Of a stretch of 21,770 nt of DNA, positions 13,959 to 21,770 are shown in pieces. Each line of letters opens with the position of its first letter. Position 1 is the stretch's first letter. The translations under genes and the position numbers were made by a program. This DNA comes from Planctomycetota bacterium (GTDB taxonomy: Bacteria; Planctomycetota; Phycisphaerae; Phycisphaerales; UBA1924), in NCBI GenBank assembly GCA_022567535.1, contig JADFGU010000012.1, positions 1 through 21,770 on the forward strand, given 5' to 3'. Under the pieces are notes generated by a model. That model saw nothing but the letters and a program-made list of their open reading frames with translations. It had not been told where the DNA came from and did no database searches.

Positions 13959-16382
13959 ATGGAATCTCAACGCATGACCACCCAGGCCACGGCCGACACG
14001 CTGCTCGAAGGACTCACCGACCCGCAGCGACAGGCCGTGCTCCACACCGAGGGGCCGCTGCTCATACTCGCCGCCGCCGGCAGCGGAAAGACCAGGGTCA
14101 TCACACACCGCATCGCCCGCCTCATCTCCATCGGCGTCCCCGCGTGGCAGATCCTCGCGGTGACCTTTACGAACAAGGCCGCCGGTGAGATGCGCGATCG
14201 CGTCGCCACACTCTTCGACGCTGAGTCCGCACGCACGCGCGGGCTCACGATCTCCACGTTTCACGCCCTGTGCGCACGCCTGCTGCGGCGCTACGCCCCA
14301 CAGGCGGATCTGCCCGGCCTGCGCGCCGACTTTTCCATCTATGATTCCGCCGACCAGCTCGCCCTCGCTAAGCGCATCATCAAGGATCTCCAGCTCTCGA
14401 CCAGCAACTTTCCCCCGCGGTCCATGCTCGCGCGCATCAGCGCCGCCAAGAACGACCTGCTCGATGCCGACGCCTTCCGTGCTGGTGCCAACGATTTCTA
14501 TTCCGGCATCGCCGCGAAGGTCTACGACGGCTACCAGGCCGCGCTCCGCGCCGCACACGCCGTCGACTTCGACGACCTGCTCATGCTCTGCGTGCAGATG
14601 CTGCGCCAGCGCCCCGAGATCCTCGCCGCCTGCAACGACCGCTGGCGATACCTCATGATCGACGAGTACCAGGACACCAACCACGCCCAGTTCACGCTCG
14701 CCTCTCTCATGGCCGGACAGGGCCAACCGCTCCCGCCGGGCTGCGGCGACACCGAGACCATCGGACCACACTTCTGCGTCGTGGGCGATCCGGACCAGGC
14801 GATCTACGGCTGGCGCGGCGCCGACATCTCCAACATCCTCGAGTTCGAGGAGCACTACCCCTCCACTCGCGTCATCGCGCTGGGCGAGAACTTCCGTTCC
14901 ACCGCCCCCATACTCGCCATCGCAGACTCGCTCATCCGAAACAACAAACTCCGTCGCCACAAGGATCTCTTCACATCCCGCCAGGGGGGCGACAAAGTCT
15001 CGGTCGTACACTGCCAGGATGAGCGCCACGAGGCCTCCCTCGTCGCCGACTGGATCCGCGAGCAGCGAGACCAGCAAAGCCTCGCCTGGCGCGACATCGC
15101 CGTCTTCTATCGCACCAACGCGCTCAGCCGCGTCCTCGAAGACGCCCTGCGCGTCACCGGAATCCCCTGCGTCATCGCGCGCGGCACCGCGTTCTACCAG
15201 CGCGAGGAGATCAAAAACGCACTGGGATACCTCCGCGTCGTCGCCAACCAGGCCGACTCCGTCTCACTCGAACGCATCATCAACACGCCCGCGCGCGGCA
15301 TCGGCAAGGCCAGCATCAAGAAGGTGGTCGAGCTCGCCCGAAGCAGGGACGGCTCTCTCTGGGACGCGCTGCGCGAGTCGGCAGACCCGGCGATCTCCGA
15401 TTCGCTCGGTCTCGCTCCCCGCGCACGCGCCGCCATCACCTCCTTCCTCGCGCTCATCGACGGCTGGACCGCGAGCGGGACATTCCTCGGCTCCGACGTG
15501 CCCGCCTCTCTGCCCGACCTGGCCCAACGAATCATCACAGAATCCGGGCTCGCGTCGCACTACAAACAGCTCGCCGACGCCGGCAAGAGCGAGACCGATC
15601 TCGAACGCCTCGACAACCTCGACGAGTTGATCTCCTCCGCCGCCCAGTTCGCCGACGAGTACGACCCGTCGTCGGACCCGGTGCAGTTCGACCGTGAACA
15701 GATCGAGGCCGGCCGCGAGCCGCAGACCCCGCCCCTGCTCGCCCTGCTGCGCGCCTACCTGGAATCAGTCTCACTCATCGCCGACGCAGACACCATCGAC
15801 CCCGCCCAGGGCGCCGTCACACTCATGACGCTCCACGCCGCCAAGGGCCTCGAGTTCACCGCCGTCGCCATGATCGGCCTCGAAGAAGGCTTGCTCCCCC
15901 ACAGCCGAAGCAACGAGTCCGACGACGCCGCCCTGGAGGAAGAACGCCGCCTCTGCTTCGTCGGCATCACCCGCGCCATGCGCCACCTCCTCATCACCTC
16001 CGCGCGCTACCGCGCGGTGCGAGGCATCAGCGAACGCACACTCCCCAGCCGTTTTCTGGAAGAGCTCGACGATAAGCACGACCCCAAAAACATCACCGTC
16101 TCCGATCAGGCCGACAGCTTCGATTCAACCGACGATTCATACCATGACGACCCGCCGAAATGGGCCCGCGCAGGCACCCAGACCGATACCCTCGGCGGCT
16201 CGGGCCGATCCGAAGCCGCAAGGGCGTTCCCCGTCGATTCGCGCGTTCGCCACCCGCAGTTCGGCGAGGGCGTCGTTGAATCCGTCGTCGGCGGCGCCAA
16301 CGCGCGCGTCCGCGTCAGGTTCCGACACGTCGGCACCAAAACACTCGTGCTCGAATACGCGCGCCTGACCCGCCTCGCCTAG
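13959..16382 (+). CDS. pcrA: ATP-dependent DNA helicase, UvrD/PcrA family (SF1A), with a C-terminal Tudor-like domain
   Basis: Motif I is AAAGSGKTRVITHRIARLI. Other motifs are DEYQDTNHAQ, VGDPDQAIYGWRGAD, FRS and the TLHAAKGLEF/VGITRA blocks. The C-terminal VRHPQFGEGVVESVVGG...VRFRHVGTKTLVLEYARL resembles the PcrA/UvrD RNAP-binding Tudor fold. An alternative start is at 13974. Confidence 0.9.
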   Translation: MESQRMTTQATADTLLEGLTDPQRQAVLHTEGPLLILAAAGSGKTRVITHRIARLISIGVPAWQILAVTFTNKAAGEMRDRVATLFDAESARTRGLTISTFHALCARLLRRYAPQADLPGLRADFSIYDSADQLALAKRIIKDLQLSTSNFPPRSMLARISAAKNDLLDADAFRAGANDFYSGIAAKVYDGYQAALRAAHAVDFDDLLMLCVQMLRQRPEILAACNDRWRYLMIDEYQDTNHAQFTLASLMAGQGQPLPPGCGDTETIGPHFCVVGDPDQAIYGWRGADISNILEFEEHYPSTRVIALGENFRSTAPILAIADSLIRNNKLRRHKDLFTSRQGGDKVSVVHCQDERHEASLVADWIREQRDQQSLAWRDIAVFYRTNALSRVLEDALRVTGIPCVIARGTAFYQREEIKNALGYLRVVANQADSVSLERIINTPARGIGKASIKKVVELARSRDGSLWDALRESADPAISDSLGLAPRARAAITSFLALIDGWTASGTFLGSDVPASLPDLAQRIITESGLASHYKQLADAGKSETDLERLDNLDELISSAAQFADEYDPSSDPVQFDREQIEAGREPQTPPLLALLRAYLESVSLIADADTIDPAQGAVTLMTLHAAKGLEFTAVAMIGLEEGLLPHSRSNESDDAALEEERRLCFVGITRAMRHLLITSARYRAVRGISERTLPSRFLEELDDKHDPKNITVSDQADSFDSTDDSYHDDPPKWARAGTQTDTLGGSGRSEAARAFPVDSRVRHPQFGEGVVESVVGGANARVRVRFRHVGTKTLVLEYARLTRLA

Positions 16383-16425
16383 CGCGCGCTCAATCAACCA
16401 ACGCGCCGCCTCCGCACCTGATAAG

Positions 16426-16464
16426 GACGCCGAGTCTGAGCCCGCCGCGGGCGAAGGCTCGGAT
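16426..16464. repeat. REP-like element, copy B (single 39-nt hairpin unit), 44 bp after the helicase stop
   Basis: GACGCCGAGTCTGAGCCCGCCGCGGGCGAAGGCTCGGAT has the same ends as the units at 9270-9301 and 18971-19002. It has an internal GCCCGC.GCGGGC stem. Confidence 0.55.
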
Positions 16465-16820
16465 TCCCCAACGAGGCACGACCCGAAAGGAGTGCTCCCG
16501 CCTCGGTTCTTCCCCTCCCATCACTCACCCCCCGCCTCCGATAACCCCTCAGCATCCGACCGAAACAGGTGGTGAATGCACGCGCGTCGCTCCCAAGCGC
16601 ACCGGCGCATCCACTCCCGTCAAGCTCACACCCTCGGACTCCGATGAAACTCCGGGCATGTGGGCCGTGGCGTCGGAGTGCGACAGGGGGCTGATCCGAG
16701 GCGATCGTTCATTCGATGCCAGGGGCGATCAGCGCTCCAAGGAGACCGCAGGTGTATCAGTACCATTCAGTTCTCATGTACGCCTCACGCCCCAGGTGGA
16801 GCTGCGCGATCAATAGTTGG

Positions 16821-18950
16821 ATGGCGCGTCTGCTGACCACCTGCATCGCCCTGGCGTTCACGTCGTCCCCGGCGCACGGCCAGGTCACGCTCCAGGAGAC
16901 GGTCACCGGAGGGCATGCATCCACCTCCCCTGTGACCCTTCCCGCGATTCAGGTCGGAACCGACCGGACCTATGTCCTCGCCGTTGCCACGAAATGGAAC
17001 ACCGTCATCACCGCCGTCACCGGCGGCGGGCTTACGTGGACCGTGCAGGTCGAACAATGCACGACGGGCAACAAGACTTCCATGCGCATCTGGACCGCCC
17101 AGGGCTCGCCGGGCGCGCCATTCCAGCTCCAGATCACCCATGGCGGTGGGCGTCCGCTCACCGCCATCCTGTCGCGTTACTCCGGCGTCGGAGTAATCAG
17201 CGACCCCACGGGCGAGAATCCCGCCGGTGAGAACGGGAACTGCTCAGACGGAACCGAGACCTCCCCCGCCCAACTGACGCTCACCTCGACGGACAACGGA
17301 TCGGTGCATGTGCTCGGGGTTGCACCCGCTAACCTGGCGGTCACATCGGCGTCCTCCGGGTACACGCTCAACGGGACCGACCTGTACGGCACCGGAGGCA
17401 CGACGACCTACGCCTACCTGTACGAGAAGACGTTCGATCCCGCAGCCACCGACACCTTCCAGGCCACACTCAGCGACGTCTCGCAGTGGGCGACGGGCGG
17501 CATCGTCCTGTCGCCCGGAACACCCGTTTCCCCCGTCTTCGCGGATGTCTCCTCAGCCCTCGGGTTCGCCGTCCAGACTAGCGGCAACGGTCTTTCCGGG
17601 CTCAACTTTGCTGACTACGACAACGATGGCGATCTGGACGCCATCATCACCGGAAAGACCTCCGCACGCCTGCTCACCAGTGTCAACGAGGGGCAGAGCT
17701 TCACCACGAGCACGTTCGGCGATGGAAGCCACTCCGGACAGGGCGCCATGATCGACATCGACAATGACGGCGATCTCGACTTCTGGCACAAAGACGAAAA
17801 GCTCTTCGAGAACGACGGCAGCACCGCGTTCCCCGACGCCGGCAATCTCGGGTTCTCGAATCCAATAACAACGAGCGGCGTCGCCGCCGCCGACATTGAC
17901 ACCGACGGGTACTGCGACTCCCTCATGTTCAGCGCCAACGGCAACTGGATCGGGTTTCACGGCCGCAAGGTCGCCGCAACGCTCGCCGGCACCGATGATC
18001 CCTCGTACGGGCTCAACGACGCCGGGAGCGTGGGGTCCGGCGGATTCTGCGCCGCCGGAGACGTCAACAACGACCGGCGACTCGATTTCTATTACCACTA
18101 CAACAACGGCCGCCTGTTCCTCTCCAACGGTGACGGCACGTATGCCCAGAACGCCAGCGGCATCTCCGTCGCCACTGCCGCCAACGAGCCCGTTGGAGCG
18201 GCCTGGGGCGACTACGACAACGACGGCGATCTCGACCTCTTCGTCCCGCGCTACTCGGCGGGCGCGGGCGGATACCTCTGGCGAAACGACGGTGGCACCT
18301 TCACCGATGTCGCCGCCTCCGCGGGCATCACCAACACCTCCGGGCAGCGCGGCTGTGCCTGGGGTGATTACGACAACGACGGCGACCTCGACCTCTACAT
18401 CTGCGTCGATGGCGACCCCAACGTGCTCTACCAGAACCAGGGCGACGGGACTTTCGCAAGCGTCTTCGTCGGCGCCAGTGTCTGGGCAAAGAGTCAGGAC
18501 GCCGTCTTCGTCGACTACGATAACGACGGCGATCTCGATCTGGCCGTCACACAAGAGGGCGACAACAACGTCCTGCTCCAGAACTCCACGGACGACACCA
18601 ACTATCTCAAGGTGCGCGTCATCGGCCACGGCCGGACCATGACCAACACCGCCGCCATCGGCGTCCGGGTGGACCTCTACGCCGCCGACGGCACAACCTT
18701 CCTCGCACGACGCGAGATCGCCACCGCCCGCGGCTTCGGCGGCACCGAGCCCGCCTGGGTCCACTTCGGGGGCGTCGTCAACACCACCACCTACGTCGTC
18801 AAGGTCCACTTCGTCGGCAACGTCACCGAGGTCGCCGTCGTCCCCCAGGCCGTCTCCACCACCATCGCCAGCGTCACTATCGCCCAGATGCTCACCGTCG
18901 TCGAGGGCAATCCGAGGCTCGCCGGGTGGCGCGAAGTCGAGCCGGACTGA
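16821..18950 (+). CDS. Secreted FG-GAP (integrin-alpha/VCBS-type) repeat protein with a C-terminal UnbV/ASPIC domain (CRTAC1-like). Start at internal ATG 16821 with a signal peptide.
   Basis: Signal peptide MARLLTTCIALAFTSSPAHGQ. There are at least 7 FG-GAP Ca-binding repeats (DYDNDGDLD, DIDNDGDLD, GDYDNDGDLDL x3, DYDNDGDLDLA, DINNDRRLD). The C-terminus YLKVRVIGHGRTMTNTAAIGVRVDLYAADGTTFLARREIATARGFGG...VHFGG matches the UnbV_ASPIC pattern. Confidence 0.85.
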   Translation: MARLLTTCIALAFTSSPAHGQVTLQETVTGGHASTSPVTLPAIQVGTDRTYVLAVATKWNTVITAVTGGGLTWTVQVEQCTTGNKTSMRIWTAQGSPGAPFQLQITHGGGRPLTAILSRYSGVGVISDPTGENPAGENGNCSDGTETSPAQLTLTSTDNGSVHVLGVAPANLAVTSASSGYTLNGTDLYGTGGTTTYAYLYEKTFDPAATDTFQATLSDVSQWATGGIVLSPGTPVSPVFADVSSALGFAVQTSGNGLSGLNFADYDNDGDLDAIITGKTSARLLTSVNEGQSFTTSTFGDGSHSGQGAMIDIDNDGDLDFWHKDEKLFENDGSTAFPDAGNLGFSNPITTSGVAAADIDTDGYCDSLMFSANGNWIGFHGRKVAATLAGTDDPSYGLNDAGSVGSGGFCAAGDVNNDRRLDFYYHYNNGRLFLSNGDGTYAQNASGISVATAANEPVGAAWGDYDNDGDLDLFVPRYSAGAGGYLWRNDGGTFTDVAASAGITNTSGQRGCAWGDYDNDGDLDLYICVDGDPNVLYQNQGDGTFASVFVGASVWAKSQDAVFVDYDNDGDLDLAVTQEGDNNVLLQNSTDDTNYLKVRVIGHGRTMTNTAAIGVRVDLYAADGTTFLARREIATARGFGGTEPAWVHFGGVVNTTTYVVKVHFVGNVTEVAVVPQAVSTTIASVTIAQMLTVVEGNPRLAGWREVEPD

Positions 18951-18967
18951 CCCCACCCAGGCCTCCC

Positions 18968-19068
18968 ACCGACGCCGAGCCTGAGTCCGCGAAGGCTCGG
19001 ATACCTCGGAGCAGCGCCCGGGAGCCTCGACCCGCCGCCGGCTCAGACTCGCCATCCGTTCAGGTCCA
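18968..19068. repeat. REP/MITE-like palindromic element, copy C (intact left unit plus degenerate inverted right unit plus shared CCGTTCAGGTCC flank), 20 bp after the FG-GAP gene stop
   Basis: 18971-19002 GACGCCGAGCCTGAGTCCGCGAAGGCTCGGAT differs by 1 nt from 9270-9301. 19021-19053 is a diverged reverse-complement unit. The 3' flank matches copy A. Confidence 0.6.
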
Positions 19069-19270
19069 GACACGCCCAGTTGAGTGAAACCGCTCTGAGC
19101 CCGCCCCTCGCCGGCACGATTCGGCCCAGACCGCTTCCGGTCCACGCTCAATCGCCAGCCAATGCACGTATACTGTGCACGGGGCGGCTTTGGCGGGTGT
19201 CCCGACCGCTCGAATCAATCGACGGCCGACGCCCGGGCCGCACTCATAAACCCGCGTCAGGAGCCACCCC

Positions 19271-20863
19271 ATGACCGCCATCATCCTCCTCGTCGGCGTC
19301 ATCATCGCCGTCTCCATCCTCGCGACGATTCCCAGGCTGCCCTCAGTCGGGACCCGCACCGCCGCCGCCATCGCCGCCGTCCTTGTCCTCGGACTCGCCG
19401 TCTTCGCCAGCTCATACCGCCACGTGGGCGAGAACGAAGTCGGCGTCGTCGTGAGGGAAGCCCTCGGCCCGGGCCTCGCGCCGGGCAAGATCATCGCCAC
19501 CAGCGGCGAGAAGGGCGTGCAGGCCGACACACTCGCGCCGGGCTGGCACGCGGGCCTCTGGCCGGTCATTTTCAAGATGGAGACCACGCCCATCATCGAG
19601 ATCGAGGAGGGGAACGTCGGTCTGATCACCGCAGCCGACGGCAAGCCCCTGCCCCCGGGTTTCATCTACGCACCCGAATGGGCTGAAGAGGACTTCGGCC
19701 GCATGATCGGCGACGCCACGTACTTCCTCGGCCCGGGCGGCGGGCACAAGGGGCCGCAAGCCTCCGTGCTCACGCCCGGCAAGCACCGCTTCAACCCCCA
19801 GCTCTTCAAGGTCACCATCGTCAAGGCCACGAACATCGAGAAGGCAACCGTCGGCGTTGTGAAATCCAACGTCGGCGAACTCCCCGCCGAGGGTGCCGCC
19901 CCCGACGCCATCGTCGACCGGGGCAGCCCCGGCATCTGGCGCCAGCCCCTGCTTCCCAGCCAGTATTACATGAACACCAACGCCCTGGAGGTCACCATGA
20001 TTTCGACGGCCAAGCGCACCGTGCGCTACACCAAGGCCGCATCCCAGCGTCGGGGCATCGAGCCCGGCACCGAGGAACGCGAGATCACCGTCCGATCGTC
20101 CGATGGCTTCACCTTCCCCGTCGATGTGCGCGTCGAGTACGAGGTCACGCCCAAGGACGCGTCCCTCGTCGTCGCAAACTTCGGCAGCGACGGGCAAGAA
20201 CTCAGCGAGCGCCTCAACTCCGCCGTCCGCGCCATCTTCCGCAACAACGCCGAGGGCGTCAAAGCCCTCGACTACGTCCAGCAGCGTTCGCTCCAGGAGT
20301 CCCAGTCGCTCGCCCTGCTCGTCACCGAGATGGCCAAGGTAGGCATCACCGTCACCGCTGTGCGCATCGGAGACGTGGGCGACGAAGAAACACTGGGCGA
20401 ACTGCTCAAGACCCAGACCGACCGCGAGATCGCGCTCCAGGAGCAGGAGACGTTCAAGGAGCAGCAGCGGGCCGCCGAGCAAAAGAAAGAACTCGCCCGC
20501 ACCCAGCAGGAAGCCGAAGAAGAGAAGCGCCTCGCCACCGCCAACTACGAGGTCCAGATCGCCGAGCAGGACCGGGAGCGCGTCATCATCCAGGCCGGCG
20601 CCGAGGCCGAGGCCATCAAGCTCAGAGCCGCAGCCCAGGCCGACGCCTACAAACTCATCGCCGAGCAGATCGGCATGAGCAACGCCGCACTGGTCGAGCT
20701 CCTCAAGATCATCGGCGAGCGTGGCATCAACATCACTCCCCGCGTCATGGTGATCAGCAACGGCGGCTCGTCCGGCGACGACGCCGAGATGACCGCCCTG
20801 ATCGGCACCATGCTGGACTCGATGATCAGCCGCCAGGAACCGGACGGAAAAAACACCCCCTGA
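19271..20863 (+). CDS. SPFH/Band-7 domain membrane protein (flotillin/YqiK-like) with an N-terminal double TM and a C-terminal coiled-coil/EA-rich region
   Basis: TM helices at aa 1-20 and 30-50. An SPFH-like core follows (YRHVGENEVGVVVRE ... ITVTAVRIGDV). A long Glu/Ala/Gln-rich heptad region (EQQRAAEQKKELARTQQEAEEEKR...AEAEAIKLRAAAQADAYK) is typical of flotillins. AGGAG lies 7 nt upstream of the ATG. Confidence 0.8.
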   Translation: MTAIILLVGVIIAVSILATIPRLPSVGTRTAAAIAAVLVLGLAVFASSYRHVGENEVGVVVREALGPGLAPGKIIATSGEKGVQADTLAPGWHAGLWPVIFKMETTPIIEIEEGNVGLITAADGKPLPPGFIYAPEWAEEDFGRMIGDATYFLGPGGGHKGPQASVLTPGKHRFNPQLFKVTIVKATNIEKATVGVVKSNVGELPAEGAAPDAIVDRGSPGIWRQPLLPSQYYMNTNALEVTMISTAKRTVRYTKAASQRRGIEPGTEEREITVRSSDGFTFPVDVRVEYEVTPKDASLVVANFGSDGQELSERLNSAVRAIFRNNAEGVKALDYVQQRSLQESQSLALLVTEMAKVGITVTAVRIGDVGDEETLGELLKTQTDREIALQEQETFKEQQRAAEQKKELARTQQEAEEEKRLATANYEVQIAEQDRERVIIQAGAEAEAIKLRAAAQADAYKLIAEQIGMSNAALVELLKIIGERGINITPRVMVISNGGSSGDDAEMTALIGTMLDSMISRQEPDGKNTP

Positions 20864-20871
20864 CGCCGCCC

Positions 20872-20904
20872 GGGGTCATTCGCAGCCCCTTCCGAGCCTT
20901 TTTT
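20872..20904 (+). terminator. Weak candidate terminator after the flotillin-like gene (short GGGG/CCCC stem, then a T6 run 9 nt later)
   Basis: GGGGTCATTCGCAGCCCC, then TTCCGAGCC, then TTTTTT. The stem is short and the spacing is non-canonical. Confidence 0.25.
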
Positions 20905-21041
20905 CTCGACAGCCTCTCCAAAAAGGCATTGTGTCGCGTAGGCCACTTCTGGTATGCTGGTGGGGACCGTTTGCTGTCAGCGCCATCCGGGCTGGAGGCG
21001 TCCTCCGTGCCCCCGCTGACTCTATTGGATGGAGGCGACAC

Positions 21042-21770
21042 ATGAAAATGTCCAGATGCTCAGACCGATCGACCGGGAACCGCCGCGTGCGGGCCTTGGC
21101 CGCCATCCTGGGAGTGGGCGCGTCCTGCGCCGGCGCCCATGCACAATTCGAAACGGGCTTCGAGGTGCCCGAATACAATGCCAGCGCCGCCGGCACCGTC
21201 CTCACCGCCCAGCAGGGGTGGTACCTGCCCAGCACCCCCACCATCAGCACCGACTGGTTCGCGTACACATACCTCGGCAACGCGCTTGGCTTGACGCCGA
21301 ACCCGCAGGGAGGCGACCAGTTCGCCGCCGGCACGGGTCAGGCGGGGGAATCGTTCGGCCGGGCCCAGATGGATGTCGCGCTCGGGACCGGCACGTGGAC
21401 CCTCGCCGGCGATGTCGCCATCAGCTTCCAGGGAACGCTGCCGACCACCCAGAACGTCGGCAGCCTGTCCACCCAGCCCGGCGGCGCGTCCGCCAGGCTC
21501 ATCATGCTCGCCACCTGGGCCAACACCGCCACCGCCGACGCCTGGAACGCCGACCTCGTGTACTACGACGCGGCCGGGACCTCCATCAGCGGCCCCGTGC
21601 CCGACCCCGGCTTCCAGAACCTGCAGGTCAACCATTGGTACCGCTGGTCGTCAACCTTTGATTTCGACTCCAACCGCATCGGCGAGCTGAAGATCGAGGA
21701 TCTCACCACCGGCGCCACCGCGACCCACAACCCGTCGGACTGGTACCTGCAAGGCGGGGCAGCCGGCACG
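21042..21770 (+). CDS. Secreted hypothetical protein, 3'-truncated at the window edge. Absent from the ORF track because there is no stop in the window.
   Basis: ATG at 21042 with a GGAGG SD 6 nt upstream. The signal peptide is MKMSRCSDRSTGNRRVRALAAILGVGASCAGAHAQ. There are 243 codons with no stop and very high GC3. The composition is Thr/Gly/Ala-rich. The overlapping track ORFs 21029..21661(+) and 21060..21635(-) look like frame artefacts. Confidence 0.6.
   Translation, partial: MKMSRCSDRSTGNRRVRALAAILGVGASCAGAHAQFETGFEVPEYNASAAGTVLTAQQGWYLPSTPTISTDWFAYTYLGNALGLTPNPQGGDQFAAGTGQAGESFGRAQMDVALGTGTWTLAGDVAISFQGTLPTTQNVGSLSTQPGGASARLIMLATWANTATADAWNADLVYYDAAGTSISGPVPDPGFQNLQVNHWYRWSSTFDFDSNRIGELKIEDLTTGATATHNPSDWYLQGGAAGT

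Noticed and set aside
13746-15077. A 443-aa minus-strand ORF antisense to the pcrA helicase. Similar ORFs are 17553..19151(-) antisense to the FG-GAP gene, 19412..20482(-) antisense to the flotillin-like gene, 12792..13718(-) antisense to the permease and 10128..11429(+) antisense to the kinase.
   Set aside because: All are Gly/Asp/Arg/Val-rich mirror frames of confidently assigned genes. The high genomic GC suppresses stop codons in antisense frames.
17600-18560. Regularly spaced ~24-27-bp repeats (tacgacaacgacggcgatctcgac...) that could look like a CRISPR array on a superficial scan
   Set aside because: They are in-frame coding repeats (DYDNDGDLD FG-GAP Ca-binding loops) inside a long ORF. 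The spacing is irregular, at 135-450 bp. No leader or cas genes are present.

Overview
This is a 21.8 kb window of very GC-rich (~68%) bacterial chromosome. The protein set suggests a Planctomycetota-like organism: a tail-anchored Ser/Thr kinase, an FG-GAP/ASPIC-UnbV protein, an RRM protein with a Gly-rich tail, and few SD-dependent starts. This taxonomic guess is inference. I can support 20 protein-coding genes and one tRNA, almost all housekeeping or envelope functions.

Gene order, left to right:
- fabD (3'-truncated), fabH, plsX and rpmF form one minus-strand operon.
- tRNA-Lys(CTT).
- An amidase_2 (AmiD/PGRP-like) Tat-lipoprotein, then yggS, then a hypothetical lipoprotein.
- An SRAP/YedK abasic-site peptidase, then infA.
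- An RRM RNA-binding protein, an orphan MacB/FtsX-type permease, then infC.
- A Ser/Thr kinase divergent from an APC-permease::USP fusion.
- A pcrA/uvrD helicase.
- A secreted FG-GAP + UnbV/ASPIC (CRTAC1-like) protein, an SPFH/flotillin-like protein, and a 3'-truncated secreted hypothetical.

Two real genes are absent from the supplied ORF track because they run off the window edges: fabD (1..773, minus) and the final secreted protein (21042..21770, plus).

Non-coding signals:
- A REP/MITE-like palindromic repeat family occurs three times, always just 3' of stop codons.
- A canonical intrinsic terminator lies between the convergent infA and rbp genes.
- There is an E. coli-like TTGACT-17-TACTGT promoter for the rpmF operon.
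- TACAAT -10 boxes sit upstream of rbp and the permease::USP gene.
- infC probably uses a non-AUG (AUC or AUU) start.

I found no CRISPR array, integrase, transposase, toxin-antitoxin pair or recognisable defence island. I do not see a convincing novel multi-gene system. The most interesting leads are the REP-like repeat family, the kinase with an MshEN/T2SSE_N-like N-terminal module, and the two uncharacterised secreted proteins or lipoproteins.

Many long ORFs in the track (R/G/P/S-rich proteins antisense or out of frame to real genes) are high-GC artefacts and were rejected.
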